A model generated the notes under the pieces. That model worked only from the letters and a program-made list of their open reading frames with translations, ran no database searches and was not told the DNA's origin. A program made the translations under genes and the position numbers. From an uncultured Planctomycetota bacterium (GTDB lineage: Bacteria; Planctomycetota; Planctomycetia; Isosphaerales; Isosphaeraceae): DNA of 64,000 nt. Location: contig CAWJTV010000047.1 of assembly GCA_963845755.1 (NCBI GenBank), positions 215,998-279,997 of the forward strand, written 5' to 3'. Shown here piece by piece: positions 1 to 9,559 of the stretch. Numbering within the stretch: position 1 is the first letter of the stretch; every line of letters begins with the position of its first letter.

Positions 1-120
1 GCTCGAACCGGCGCGGGCCAGGCTCATTCTCCATGACGCGCCGGTCGATACGATGAGATGAGGGAGCAGACCGAGGACAGACGGGAGGCAGTCGGGCGGC
101 CAGGGAGGGCTGAGGGATCG

Positions 121-990
121 ATGGCAACCACACACAAAAATCGGGCCACGACATCTACGGCGAATGCGGGCGGGACCTCGAGGCGCGCGGAGGGACTGCC
201 GAGCCTGATCCCGCAAAGCCCGGAGGCCGAGGCGATCGAATCTCTCCGGCGGCAGGTCATCGCCCTCCAGCGCATCAGCAGCCTGGGGGTCCTGGCCGGC
301 GGGGTGTTCCATGAGCTGAACAACGCGTTGACGCCCATCCTGAACTACGCCAAGCTGGGCCTGAGGAATCCCGATCCAGCCTACCGCGAGCGGGCCCTGA
401 CGCAGATCGTCGAAGCCGCGCAACGGGCGGCGACGATTACCCGTGGCATGCTGGGCCTGACCCGGCCGGGTGGCAGCCTTGACCACCGCGAGCCGACCGA
501 CCTGGTCCGGCTGGTCCAGGAAGTAATCGTCCTTGTGGATAAGGACATGATGCGTCACCGCGTCCGATTGGACGTGAAGCTGACCGGCCAGCCCCTCGCG
601 CGGGTGAACCCGGCCCAGATCCAGCAGGTCCTCCTCAACCTCTTGATCAACGCCCGACAGGCGATGCCCGAAGGCGGCATCGTGCGAGTCCGCCTCGGCC
701 TGGACGCGGCCGGCCGTCGAGCCGAGCTGAGCGTCGCCGACGCCGGTATCGGGATCGGGCCGACCGATCTCCGCCGCATCTTCGAGCCGTTCTACTCGAC
801 CAAGACCGGTCCCGACGCCGCGGGGCAGGGGGGCACAGGCCTGGGATTGGCCGTCTGCCGCGATATCGTCGAGGCCCACCACGGACGTCTCCGCGCCGAG
901 AGCCGCCTCGGGCAGGGTTCGACCTTCACCCTGATCCTCCCGGCATGCCCGCCCGCCGAGGCCGCTGCTGGGCAGCAAGGAGCGGCGTGA
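121..990 (+). CDS. Cytoplasmic sensor histidine kinase (HisKA + HATPase_c), no obvious sensor domain
   Basis: H-box FHELNNALT, N-box QVLLNLLINARQA, G1 DAGIGI, F-box IFEPFYSTK, G2 GTGLGL; ORF 58..990, likely start ATG 121. Confidence 0.9.
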   Translation: MATTHKNRATTSTANAGGTSRRAEGLPSLIPQSPEAEAIESLRRQVIALQRISSLGVLAGGVFHELNNALTPILNYAKLGLRNPDPAYRERALTQIVEAAQRAATITRGMLGLTRPGGSLDHREPTDLVRLVQEVIVLVDKDMMRHRVRLDVKLTGQPLARVNPAQIQQVLLNLLINARQAMPEGGIVRVRLGLDAAGRRAELSVADAGIGIGPTDLRRIFEPFYSTKTGPDAAGQGGTGLGLAVCRDIVEAHHGRLRAESRLGQGSTFTLILPACPPAEAAAGQQGAA

Positions 991-1464
991 TCCGCAATCG
1001 CGACAGCTCCTGGGGTGACCATGAACGACGAATTCACGCAGGGAATGATCAGGCTGAGGAGACTCGGGGACCACGCGGAGTTGCTGGCTGGCGGTGCTCC
1101 CGAAGTTGAATAAATTCATCCATCCTCGTTGCTTCCAGGTCCGCTTACTGACGTCTCAGCAAGCCGGCTGAGTCGTCGAATATTAGGTCTGCGGATCGTT
1201 CCGGCTCCTCGCCATCGCGACATGGAGACCCCCAGATCGCTGCCTCCGAGCCGACAGCTCCTGGAGCTCGGCACGTTCATCGAGGAAACCTTGCAGCCCA
1301 GGCTCGAGCCCGAATCAGGCACCGCCGCCGCCTGGATGTAAACACCAGCCCGTCCTGGACTTCGATCTTCCCCACCTGCGAGTCAAATACCAGGAGCCTT
1401 CATCGCTCCTCTCCAATTTCATGGCTCGGCAGGTTTTTTCTTCACGTCTCCCCGACGCTCCCGC

Positions 1465-1507
1465 AAAATCAGGGATAGGTTGGCTCAGCTCCAGGCATTC
1501 CTTGTAG
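1465..1507 (+). promoter_or_regulatory. Putative ECF-type promoter, copy 1
   Basis: AAAATCAGGGATAG...CTCCAGGCA...GTAG about 30-70 bp upstream of the ECF gene; near-identical motif at 3309 and a related one at 5447. Confidence 0.5.
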
Positions 1508-1537
1508 AGACCTCGATCGAGAAGAGGGGAGCCCAGG

Positions 1538-2602
1538 ATGGCCGGGGGTACATCCGTTGCGCTGTTGCGCGACATCCAGACACTGTTTGACACCGGGACG
1601 GCCGCCGGGCTGTCCGACCGGCAACTGCTCGAGCGGTTCGTCGGCTGTCGCGACGCGACGGCCGAATCGGCGTTCGAGGTCCTGGTCCTGCGCCATGGGC
1701 CGATGGTCCTGCGCGTCTGCCGCAACGTGCTGCATGATCCGAATGACGTCCAGGACGCCTTTCAGGCCACGTTCCTGGTCCTGGTTCGGCGCAGAGGGGC
1801 CGTGAGCAAACTCGAGTCGCTCGGCGGTTGGCTTTATGGCGTCGCCAACCGGGTGGCGCTGCGGGCACGAGTCGATGCGGCGCGGCGTCGGGCCATTGAG
1901 GGACGCGCGGCCTTGAGGGTCGTGGAGGCGTTCGAGCCGGACGTTTCCGCCGCGATTGATCCCCAGGAATTCGGTCCGATCATCCAGGAAGAAGTCCGGC
2001 GGCTGCCGCAGAGGTATCGCATTGTGGTGGTGCTGTGCTACTGGGAAGGACTCACGCAGGAACAGGCCGCCAGTCAACTCGGCGTCCCGCTGGGCACCGT
2101 GCGGAGCCGGCTGGCTCGGGCGCGGGAGTTACTGCGGCGACGGCTGGCCCGCCGGGGTCTGGCGCCACTGGCCGGAATGGCGGCGGCGGGCCTTGAGGGC
2201 CTTTCGGCTTCGCTGCCGCGGCTCACCGCGGTCCCGGTTGATCTGATGAAGACGACGATCCAGGCGGCGGGACACGTCGCTGCCCGACAGGCAACGAATC
2301 CCGTGGTCTCGGCGGTGGTCGCATCCCTGGTCAAACAAGTGCTCTGGAGCATGACGATGATCAAGATCAGCGGAATCGTGGCAGGCGTGGTCCTGATGGG
2401 ATTGGCCGGTTATGGAGTCAAGGTCGCCGGACAGCAGGCCAGGCCGGTCCAATCAGGGGTCGTTCAAGGGGCGGAGGATCCGACCTCGCCACAGAACCGC
2501 CCGGGACAGGTGCAACCGGGCGCGGGAAGAAGTCCGCTCCTCGGAACACCGGGCCCTTCGAGGGAATCTATTCCAACATCGAGGGCCAGACGACCATCAT
2601 GA
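1538..2602 (+). CDS. ECF sigma-70 factor with C-terminal TM extension (probably fused to the downstream RND adaptor via a frameshift near 2560)
   Basis: GLSDRQLLERF, RHGPMVLRVCR, DAFQATFLVL, WLYGVA, region 4 LCYWEGLTQEQAA..LGVPLGTVRSRLARAR, then a hydrophobic helix. Confidence 0.9.
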   Translation: MAGGTSVALLRDIQTLFDTGTAAGLSDRQLLERFVGCRDATAESAFEVLVLRHGPMVLRVCRNVLHDPNDVQDAFQATFLVLVRRRGAVSKLESLGGWLYGVANRVALRARVDAARRRAIEGRAALRVVEAFEPDVSAAIDPQEFGPIIQEEVRRLPQRYRIVVVLCYWEGLTQEQAASQLGVPLGTVRSRLARARELLRRRLARRGLAPLAGMAAAGLEGLSASLPRLTAVPVDLMKTTIQAAGHVAARQATNPVVSAVVASLVKQVLWSMTMIKISGIVAGVVLMGLAGYGVKVAGQQARPVQSGVVQGAEDPTSPQNRPGQVQPGAGRSPLLGTPGPSRESIPTSRARRPS

Positions 2603-3295
2603 AGATGCTCCCGAACGGTTCGGTGGTCAAGAAGGGTGATGTCCTCTGCGAGCTGGATGCCGCGGCCCTGCAAGATCGGTTGATCAACCAGAGGATCACC
2701 AGAGAAAGCGCCAAGGCCAACTTTCAGAACGCCAGGCTGGCCCGTGAGGAGGCCGAGATTGAAGCGTCCTGGTTTCAGGACGAGATCTACCCTCGCGAGA
2801 AACGGGAGGTCGAAGGGGAAGTCACAGTCGCGGAGTCCGAAGTGGTGGTGGGAGAGGCCGAGCTAAAGGAGGTCAAATCGATCGGCGGCAACAATGAACT
2901 GGCCCTCAAGCGGGCTGATCTGGCGATCGCTCGCTCCAGGCTCGCCTTGGTGAAGGCGAGGAATCGACTCCACATCTTGACCCATTACACCAAGGACCAT
3001 CGGACCAAGGAGCTGGTCATCGAGGTGGAGAAGACCTGGTCGAACGAGCTGGCCAAAGGAGCCACCTGGGAGCTGGAGAAGAACAAGGAGGCGAAGTTGG
3101 AACGGCAGATCGCCGCCTGCACGATCAAGGCCCCGATCGACGGTACCGTGGTCTATGCCGACTTCGTGAGTCAGGATGCGACGACGAAAAGCCAGCCCCG
3201 GCTCCTTCACATCGAGGTCGGGGCGAGCGTCGCGCGAGCGACAGCTCATCTTGCGGATTGTTCCCCCTCCCACGGCCGCCCCCGATCCGCGGTAA
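2599..3295 (+). CDS. HlyD/RND membrane-fusion (periplasmic adaptor) domain, likely the C-terminal part of the ECF protein
   Basis: Lipoyl-like half motifs IYSNIEGQTTIMKMLPNGSVVKKGDVLCELD and TIKAPIDGTVVY flank a coiled coil; this frame is open upstream of 2599; a second shift near 3235 gives RERQLILRIVP and stop at 3293-3295. Confidence 0.7.
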
Positions 3296-3308
3296 GATAC
3301 GTGGAACG

Positions 3309-3351
3309 AAAATCAGGGATAGCCGGGCCCCGCTCCGGGGACTACTGGTAG
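3309..3351 (+). promoter_or_regulatory. Putative ECF-type promoter, copy 2
   Basis: AAAATCAGGGATAG...CTCCGGGGA...GTAG at the same spacing from the ATG as copy 1. Confidence 0.5.
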
Positions 3352-3381
3352 AAACCCTGATCGAGACCACGGGAGTTCCGC

Positions 3382-5265
3382 ATGGCCGGGGGTACATCCG
3401 TCGAGCTGTTGCGCGACATCCAGATCCTCTTCGACGCGGGGACTGCGAGCGGCTTGTCCGACCGGCAATTGCTGGATCGATTCACGAACCATCGCGACCC
3501 ATCGGCGTTCGAGGTCCTGGTCTCGCGACACGGGCCGATGGTCCTGCGCGTCTGCCGGAATCTCCTCGCCGACCCAAACGACGCCCAGGATGCCTTCCAG
3601 GCGACGTTCTTGATCCTGGTTCGGCGGTCCGGTTCGATCCGGAGGCTGGATTCGGTCGGAAGCTGGCTCTACGGTGTCGCCAGCCGGGTGGCGGCGCGGG
3701 TGCGCGTCGGGGCATCGCGCCGCAGGGTCGCCGAGGAGCGAGCGGCGGCCCGGGTCCTTGAGGCGATCGATCCTTGCCAGGGCGAGCCCGACCTGGTGGA
3801 GTTCGGCCCGATCGTCCAGGAGGAAGTCCGGCGACTGCCTGAGAAATACCGCTCCGCGGTGATTCTCTGCTACTGGGAAGGCCTGACGCAGGAACAGGCC
3901 GCCGTTCAACTCGGAATCCCGCTGGGCACGGTGCGGAGCCGGATTGCCCGAGCGCGTGACTTGTTACGCCGACGGCTGACGAGGCGTGGTTCGGCGCCGG
4001 TTGCCGGTATCGTATCGGCGGGCATGGATACAGCCCCCTATTTGCTGGGACGACTCCCTCAGATCTCATCCGGGCTGGTCCATTCCACGGTCCAGGCCGC
4101 ATCTCGCTTCGCCGCCGGCCAGGCGCCGGTCCAGGTCGTTTCCGGATCGGCCGCTTCGTTGGTTCAACGCATTCTGTGGAGCATGGCGATGATCAAGTTT
4201 TGCAAACTCGCGACGGCTCTGTCAGTCCTTGTCCTGACCATCTGGGGCGTGAGCCTCTGGGCCCAGCAACCGGAGGCGCGGCGTCCAAGAACCCGCCCTC
4301 AGGCCCGACCGGAGCACACTCCACCGATCCAGGCCAAGACGGCACCGCCCCTCCAGGATGGGCCGGCCCACACCATCGAGCCCCCCGACCTCGTCCTGGT
4401 CGAGGTCCTTGAGGGTCTCCCCGGCCGGCCAATCTCCGGCGAGCGCCTCGTCCGACCTGACGGTACCATCAGCCTGGGATTCTACGGAGAAGTCCATGTT
4501 GCCGGCCTGACCCTCCTCGAGGCCAAGGAGAAGATCGTCCGACACTTGCGGAAATCCATTTCCGACGAGTTGCTGGGACTGACGGAAATCGATCCCGAGA
4601 CGGGAGAGCCTGCGATCGATCCCAAGACCAAGAAACTCAAGAGAATCGATCCCAAGGATACCGACCGGGTCTTCGTCGACGTCACCGCTTACAACAGCAA
4701 GAACTACTACGTCGAAGGTGAGGTCTGGTATCCGGGGAGATTGCCCTTCACCGGCCGGGAGTCGGTGCTCGATGTCCTCCATTTCGTTGGCGGTCCTGCT
4801 CCTGCGGCCGACCGATCCGGCATCCGTCTGATTCGCAGCTTTCCGGCGGGATCGCCCGTGCAGGTCCTGCCGATCGATTACGAAGAAATCACGATGGGGA
4901 CCGACTCGTTGACCAATTATCAGATCCTGCCCGGTGATCGACTCGTCATTCCCCGCGATCCCAATTACGTCCCACCCGAATCAGCGCCGGTCCGATCTCA
5001 ACAAAGAGCTCCGCAAGCGCCGAAATTGCCGCACGACCCGAGCAGGTATTATTTCCCGTCGAGTAGCGGCGACGCAGCCGACAAACATCTCGAAACCCTC
5101 CATTCCGTGGAGCGTCACGTGACCGAGCTCGAGCGGAAGCTCGATCAGATCATCGAGAGGATGGATCGCGCAGCAGAGAAGGCGCAAACCAAGTCCTCCG
5201 AGAAGCCGAGATCGCGCGGCGGATCTGCACCCGTTCGGCGCGAAGAGAATTCATCCGAGGAATAG
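3382..5265 (+). CDS. ECF sigma-70 factor fused to TM helix and polysaccharide export (Wza/Poly_export + SLBB) domain
   Basis: Intact 627-aa ORF; N-terminal ECF regions 2 and 4 paralogous to 1538; C-terminal IEPPDLVLVEV, VRPDGTISLGFYGEVHVAGLT, YYVEGEV..PG, NYQILPGDRLVIP. Confidence 0.88.
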   Translation: MAGGTSVELLRDIQILFDAGTASGLSDRQLLDRFTNHRDPSAFEVLVSRHGPMVLRVCRNLLADPNDAQDAFQATFLILVRRSGSIRRLDSVGSWLYGVASRVAARVRVGASRRRVAEERAAARVLEAIDPCQGEPDLVEFGPIVQEEVRRLPEKYRSAVILCYWEGLTQEQAAVQLGIPLGTVRSRIARARDLLRRRLTRRGSAPVAGIVSAGMDTAPYLLGRLPQISSGLVHSTVQAASRFAAGQAPVQVVSGSAASLVQRILWSMAMIKFCKLATALSVLVLTIWGVSLWAQQPEARRPRTRPQARPEHTPPIQAKTAPPLQDGPAHTIEPPDLVLVEVLEGLPGRPISGERLVRPDGTISLGFYGEVHVAGLTLLEAKEKIVRHLRKSISDELLGLTEIDPETGEPAIDPKTKKLKRIDPKDTDRVFVDVTAYNSKNYYVEGEVWYPGRLPFTGRESVLDVLHFVGGPAPAADRSGIRLIRSFPAGSPVQVLPIDYEEITMGTDSLTNYQILPGDRLVIPRDPNYVPPESAPVRSQQRAPQAPKLPHDPSRYYFPSSSGDAADKHLETLHSVERHVTELERKLDQIIERMDRAAEKAQTKSSEKPRSRGGSAPVRREENSSEE

Positions 5266-5446
5266 AGTGCTTGCTCCCAGTTCCGGGAGATAGGATCTGG
5301 TTCCTCGCACCGGCCTGTGCCGGGGAAAGGTGCGGGAGTGAGGTGGAGCTGAAGCTCGACGGGATCCTGGAGGCCCTCAACAAATCAAGCCAAGGGCGGC
5401 CAGATGGACGCGTCCGCCGCTGGGTGATCGCTCTGGAGATGCGCGT

Positions 5447-5480
5447 GGGATAAACTGGAGGACTCCGGGCACAATTCGAG
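5447..5480 (+). promoter_or_regulatory. Putative ECF-type promoter, copy 3 (degenerate)
   Basis: GGGATA...CTCCGGGCA upstream of the third paralog. Confidence 0.35.
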
Positions 5481-5535
5481 TTTGGTACCGGTCGCCTCGG
5501 ATACCCCTCTTCATCGCGTTCTCTGGAGCACGGCC

Positions 5536-7437
5536 ATGTTCAAGCACAACAAGACGACTGCCGTGTTGGTTATGTTCACCCTCACCGTGATGGGAACGAG
5601 TCTGTGGGCACAGCCATCGGGCCGATCTCGCCCCAGGCGGCGAGCGCGGCCTCAGCCGGAGGCGGCCGCGCCAAAGACGCCTAGAACTCCTTCAGAAGAT
5701 GCGGCCGTGACGGAATCCACTCCAGACCGTCCGGCCCAGCCCGCCCCGCCGGTCAAGTATTTGGAAGCCGGCGCGAAGCTTTTCAACACCGGTCAGTACG
5801 AGCTGGCCGCCAAATACCTGGACGCCGCCAATCGGTATCGGGACCAGCTTCAGCAGGACGAACGCGTAATGCTCGACGCGTATCTCAAGGAGCTAGCTAA
5901 GGTCCAAGAGACTGCGCAGGAGGCGCTCCCGAGGTTGCCTGCCGAAGCCTCCTCCTCCAGGGCATCCAACCGCTCAGCGAAGGAAACCAAGCGGCCGGAG
6001 TATGTTGTCGAGCCCCCAGACCTGATCCTTGTTGAGGTTCTCGAAGCCGCGCCTGGCCGTCCGATCTCCGGCGAGCGGCTGGTCCGGCCCGACGGCAGGG
6101 TATCTCTGGGTTTCTATGGCGAGGTTGAGGTTGCTGGTCTGTCGATCCCCGAGATCAAGGAAAAGATCGTCCTCCACCTGCGGACGTACCTCAGCGATCG
6201 GACACTCGGGCTGGTCGAGATCGATCCTTACACCGGCGAGCCGACGGTCGATCCCACTACCAATAAAATCAAGCAGATCGATCCCCGAGACACGGACCGT
6301 GTCTTCGTTGACGTCACGGCTTACAATAGCTCACATGTTTACGTTGAGGGAGATGTGCTCCTTCCCAGGCAGATTCCCTATACCGGCGGAGATACCGTCC
6401 TGGATTTGATTCATGACGCCGGTGGATTGTTACCCACCTGCGATCAGACCAGGATCCGCCTGATCCGGAGTTTTCCCAAGGGCTCACCCGCCCGAGTCCT
6501 CCCGGTCGATTACCAACAGATCACCATGGGGACAGACTCCTCGACCAATTACGCAGTCTTGCCCAACGATCGTCTCGTCGTTCCTCGCGACCCGTCCGTT
6601 ACCATAGACCCGGCCTCCGCTCGCAGATTGACCTCGTCTGGCGAGAAACTCCGTGCCAAGCTGATTCCCAACCGACTCGAAGGGAGTCTCTTTTACGATC
6701 GTGGGAGGGAGAGGAGTGGATATTTCGATCGCCAGTCAGCACTGATGACCGACGACGACCAGAACACCCTGGAACCCATTATCTCCGAGATCGAGGCGAA
6801 GCTGGACAGGTTGCTCGAAGCGACGGCTGCCATCGAAAAGGAGACCGCCGAGCGAGCGAGCCAAAGGCCCGCCATGACGCCCGAGGAACTCTCTCAGCTC
6901 GAGATGGACGACGAGGAACTCGAGAGAATCCTGCCCGAACTGAGACAGAGGAGGCAAACGACACCCGAGAATCCCCGGTCGTTGCCAAGGCGCCTTCGCC
7001 CCAGGTTGGTGCGACCGTTCCCTGGTAATCGGCCATCGGCGCCGTGCGCCGCGAAGAGATCCGGAACCCGCCCGACGAGTCTTCGCGGCCCGAGTCGATG
7101 CCGCGACCGCCCGAATCGTCCAGCCCGCAGATTCCGCGGGAGCAACGGTCACCGTTCGATATGCCGCCTCCGGGTGATACACCTGTCGCGCCCAAGGTCC
7201 GTTCGCCATTCGCTGATGATGAGCCAACTTCTCCCCCGGTCAAGCCGGAGCGCGCTAGGACCGGATTGTGGCCCATCCGTTCACACTCTGGGAGAACCCT
7301 TCGGTTCGGCTCGCCACTCTCGTCATCGCCCGGCGCACCCGTTACAGTGGAGCGGTCCGAGGCGATGGCGGCGGATCGTGTCGGGTCATCGTCGGACGAC
7401 CGAAACGAACCGATCCATTCCAGCCGTGGGAGGATAG
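5536..7437 (+). CDS. Polysaccharide biosynthesis/export (Wza-like, Poly_export + SLBB) protein with signal peptide; 3' end uncertain (frameshift near 7030)
   Basis: YVVEPPDLILVEV, VRPDGRVSLGFYGEVEVAGLS, NYAVLPNDRLVVP; highly similar to the C-terminal half of 3382..5265. Confidence 0.8.
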   Translation: MFKHNKTTAVLVMFTLTVMGTSLWAQPSGRSRPRRRARPQPEAAAPKTPRTPSEDAAVTESTPDRPAQPAPPVKYLEAGAKLFNTGQYELAAKYLDAANRYRDQLQQDERVMLDAYLKELAKVQETAQEALPRLPAEASSSRASNRSAKETKRPEYVVEPPDLILVEVLEAAPGRPISGERLVRPDGRVSLGFYGEVEVAGLSIPEIKEKIVLHLRTYLSDRTLGLVEIDPYTGEPTVDPTTNKIKQIDPRDTDRVFVDVTAYNSSHVYVEGDVLLPRQIPYTGGDTVLDLIHDAGGLLPTCDQTRIRLIRSFPKGSPARVLPVDYQQITMGTDSSTNYAVLPNDRLVVPRDPSVTIDPASARRLTSSGEKLRAKLIPNRLEGSLFYDRGRERSGYFDRQSALMTDDDQNTLEPIISEIEAKLDRLLEATAAIEKETAERASQRPAMTPEELSQLEMDDEELERILPELRQRRQTTPENPRSLPRRLRPRLVRPFPGNRPSAPCAAKRSGTRPTSLRGPSRCRDRPNRPARRFRGSNGHRSICRLRVIHLSRPRSVRHSLMMSQLLPRSSRSALGPDCGPSVHTLGEPFGSARHSRHRPAHPLQWSGPRRWRRIVSGHRRTTETNRSIPAVGG

Positions 7438-7443
7438 CTTACG

Positions 7444-8315
7444 ATGCGCTGGGTGACCGTGGCGACGGAGGAAGGGCCGAGGGCCTGCGGGGTGTATCAG
7501 GGTGAATATGTGGATGTCAACGCGGCCGATGCCGAGCTGCCGTTGACGGTCCGCGAGCTGCTCGAGCTGGGGCCGGAATGGGAACGCCGGGCACGGGCGG
7601 CCCTGCCGCGGGGCGTCGTCCGCCACGACCCGGCCAACGTCCGAATCCTGGCACCGGTCCCCAACGCTCGCAAGATCATCTGCATCGGGCTGAACTATCG
7701 CGATCACGCCGCCGAGAGTGGGGTCCCGGCACCCGGCGAGCCGGTGCTCTTCAGCAAGTATCCCAGCGCCTTGACCGGCCACCTCGAACCCATCGTCTTG
7801 CCCAGGGTGAGCGCCGAGGTCAACTACGAGGCGGAGCTGGTGGTGGTCATCGGCCGGGGTGGCCGGCACATCCCTCGCCAGCGCGCCCTGGAGCATGTCG
7901 GGGGTTACAGCGTTGGCCACGACGTCTCCGCCCGCGACTGGCAGCTCAACAAGCCGGGCAAGCAGTGGATGGCCGGCAAGACGTTCGACACATTCGCTCC
8001 CGTTGGGCCCGAACTCGTGACCCCGGACGAAGTCCCCGACCCTCACAAGCTGGGCATCCGGCTCCGCCTCAACGGCCAGACCATGCAAGACTCGAACACC
8101 AATCAACTCATCTTCGGCGTCGACGAGCTGGTCTCCTACATGTCGCAGGTCTTCACCCTGGAGACGGGGGACCTGATCTTCACGGGCACGCCTCCCGGCG
8201 TCGGCATGGCGCCAAGCCCCCGGTCTGGCTCAAGCCCGGCGATGTCGTCGAGGTCGAGATCGACCACCTGGGAACGCTCAAGAACTCCGTCGTCGCCGAA
8301 GCGGGCCGGCCCTGA
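7444..8315 (+). CDS. Fumarylacetoacetate hydrolase family protein (frameshift near 8210)
   Basis: KIICIGLNYRDHAAE, YEAELVVVIG, HDVSARDWQ, GKTFDTFAPVGP, GDLIFTGTPPGVG; C-terminus KPPVWLKPGDVVEVEID in the alternative frame. Confidence 0.92.
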
Positions 8316-8325
8316 CCGGCGCGAG

Positions 8326-8521
8326 AAGCGGAAAAAGGGGACATAACGAATATTGTGTGGACCCGGCTTTCTCTGTATGATGGGGCGATGCCCAGAACCG
8401 CACGAGCTTCGGTCGCTGACACCAAGCGGAAAAAGGGGACATAACGAATATTGTGTGGACCCGGCTTTCTCTGTATGATGGGGCGATGCCCAGAACCGCA
8501 CGAGCTTCGGTCGCTGACACC
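8326..8521. repeat. Perfect 98-bp tandem duplication of the RAYT 5' end
   Basis: 8326-8423 and 8424-8521 are identical (AAGCGGAAAAAGGGGACATAACG...GCTGACACC). Confidence 0.9.
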
Positions 8522-9145
8522 TGGTATCACGTGCTCAATCGCGGCAACCGTCGCGAGGAGGTCTTTCACAAACCGGCCGACTACGACGCCTTCGTCAAGG
8601 CCATCGCCGATGCCCAAGCGCGCCTCCGAGTCGACCTGCTGGGCTATTGCTTGATGCCCAATCACTTCCACCTGGTGCTCCGGACGCAGGCCGACGGCGA
8701 TCTCGGGCGGTGGATGCAGTGGCTGCTGATGGCTCACGTCCGGCGTTATCATCGGCACTATCAGACCACGGGCCACGTCTGGCAGGGGCGGTTCAAAGCT
8801 TTCTCGGTGCAAGACGACGACCATCTCATCGGCGTCGTTCGCTACGTGGAGCGCAACGCCTTGCGGGCGGAACTGGTGTCCCGAGCGGAGGACTGGAAAT
8901 GGTCGAGCCTACCGGGCTGGCTCCGCGGTGATCGGCTGTTGTGGAGTGGGGTGGTTCCGGTTCGGGATGAGCGGTGGTTGGAGCGAGTCAATGAGCCGTT
9001 ATCGGCGGGGGATCTTCAGCGGCTCAGACTGTCCGTGGAACGGGGGCGACCGTACGGTGATGAAACGTGGACCCGGGAGACGGCCGGGAGATTGGGACTG
9101 GAATTCACCCTACGGGGGCGAGGCCGTCCCAAGAAGCTGGAGTAA
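8486..9145 (+). CDS. REP-associated tyrosine transposase (RAYT, Y1_Tnp / IS200-like HUH)
   Basis: MPRTAR..WYHVLNRGN, YCLMPNHFHLVL (HUH), GHVWQGRFKAF, RYVERNALRA, WKWSS, terminal RGRGRPKK; flanked by inverted AGGGGACATAACGAAT. Confidence 0.9.
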   Translation: MPRTARASVADTWYHVLNRGNRREEVFHKPADYDAFVKAIADAQARLRVDLLGYCLMPNHFHLVLRTQADGDLGRWMQWLLMAHVRRYHRHYQTTGHVWQGRFKAFSVQDDDHLIGVVRYVERNALRAELVSRAEDWKWSSLPGWLRGDRLLWSGVVPVRDERWLERVNEPLSAGDLQRLRLSVERGRPYGDETWTRETAGRLGLEFTLRGRGRPKKLE

Positions 9146-9309
9146 TTCGTTATGTCCCCTGGTATGTGGCGAAGTGAGGTACTAAAGATTCTTGACCAGC
9201 AACAACAGGGGGGCCTGGGGGGGTCAAGAATCTTTTCTACTGAACGCCCGAGCAGACTTCCAGAATGGGAGTTGGGTCTCTTCTCAACTCGATTCGGAGG
9301 TCCTGTTCC

Positions 9310-9450
9310 ATGGCTACCAAGTCCCCGTCGAAGAACCGTCGCCCGTCGCAGCCGCATGCCCTTCATAAGCCTCGGGGGGTCATTCACCCGCGCGTCCAAG
9401 CGGTCGGACCGGAGCACTTCGGCTTGGTGTGCGTCGATTGCGCCAAGGAG
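9310..9450 (+). pseudogene. Probable N-terminal fragment of an IS110-family transposase, truncated by a REPIN
   Basis: RBS GGAGG then MATKSPSK...HPRVQAVGPEHFGLVCVDCAK; VDCAK resembles the first DEDD motif; recognised from memory only. Confidence 0.45.
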
Positions 9451-9455
9451 GATGA

Positions 9456-9527
9456 AAAGGGGACATAACTAATAAATTGAGTTCAACTGGAGTCTGAGTG
9501 AGCGGATTTATTAGTTATGTCCCCTTT
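9456..9527. repeat. REPIN-like element: perfect 22-bp inverted repeat with 28-bp spacer
   Basis: AAAGGGGACATAACTAATAAAT (9456-9477) / ATTTATTAGTTATGTCCCCTTT (9506-9527); same core as the RAYT flanks. Confidence 0.85.
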
Positions 9528-9559
9528 CCCCCCTTCTCCCCCCTTTTTCCCTTTTTTCC

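Noticed and set aside
1129..1341. ECF N-terminal remnant (RQLLE, GTAAA)
   Set aside because: Motifs are short and in the wrong order; could be chance.
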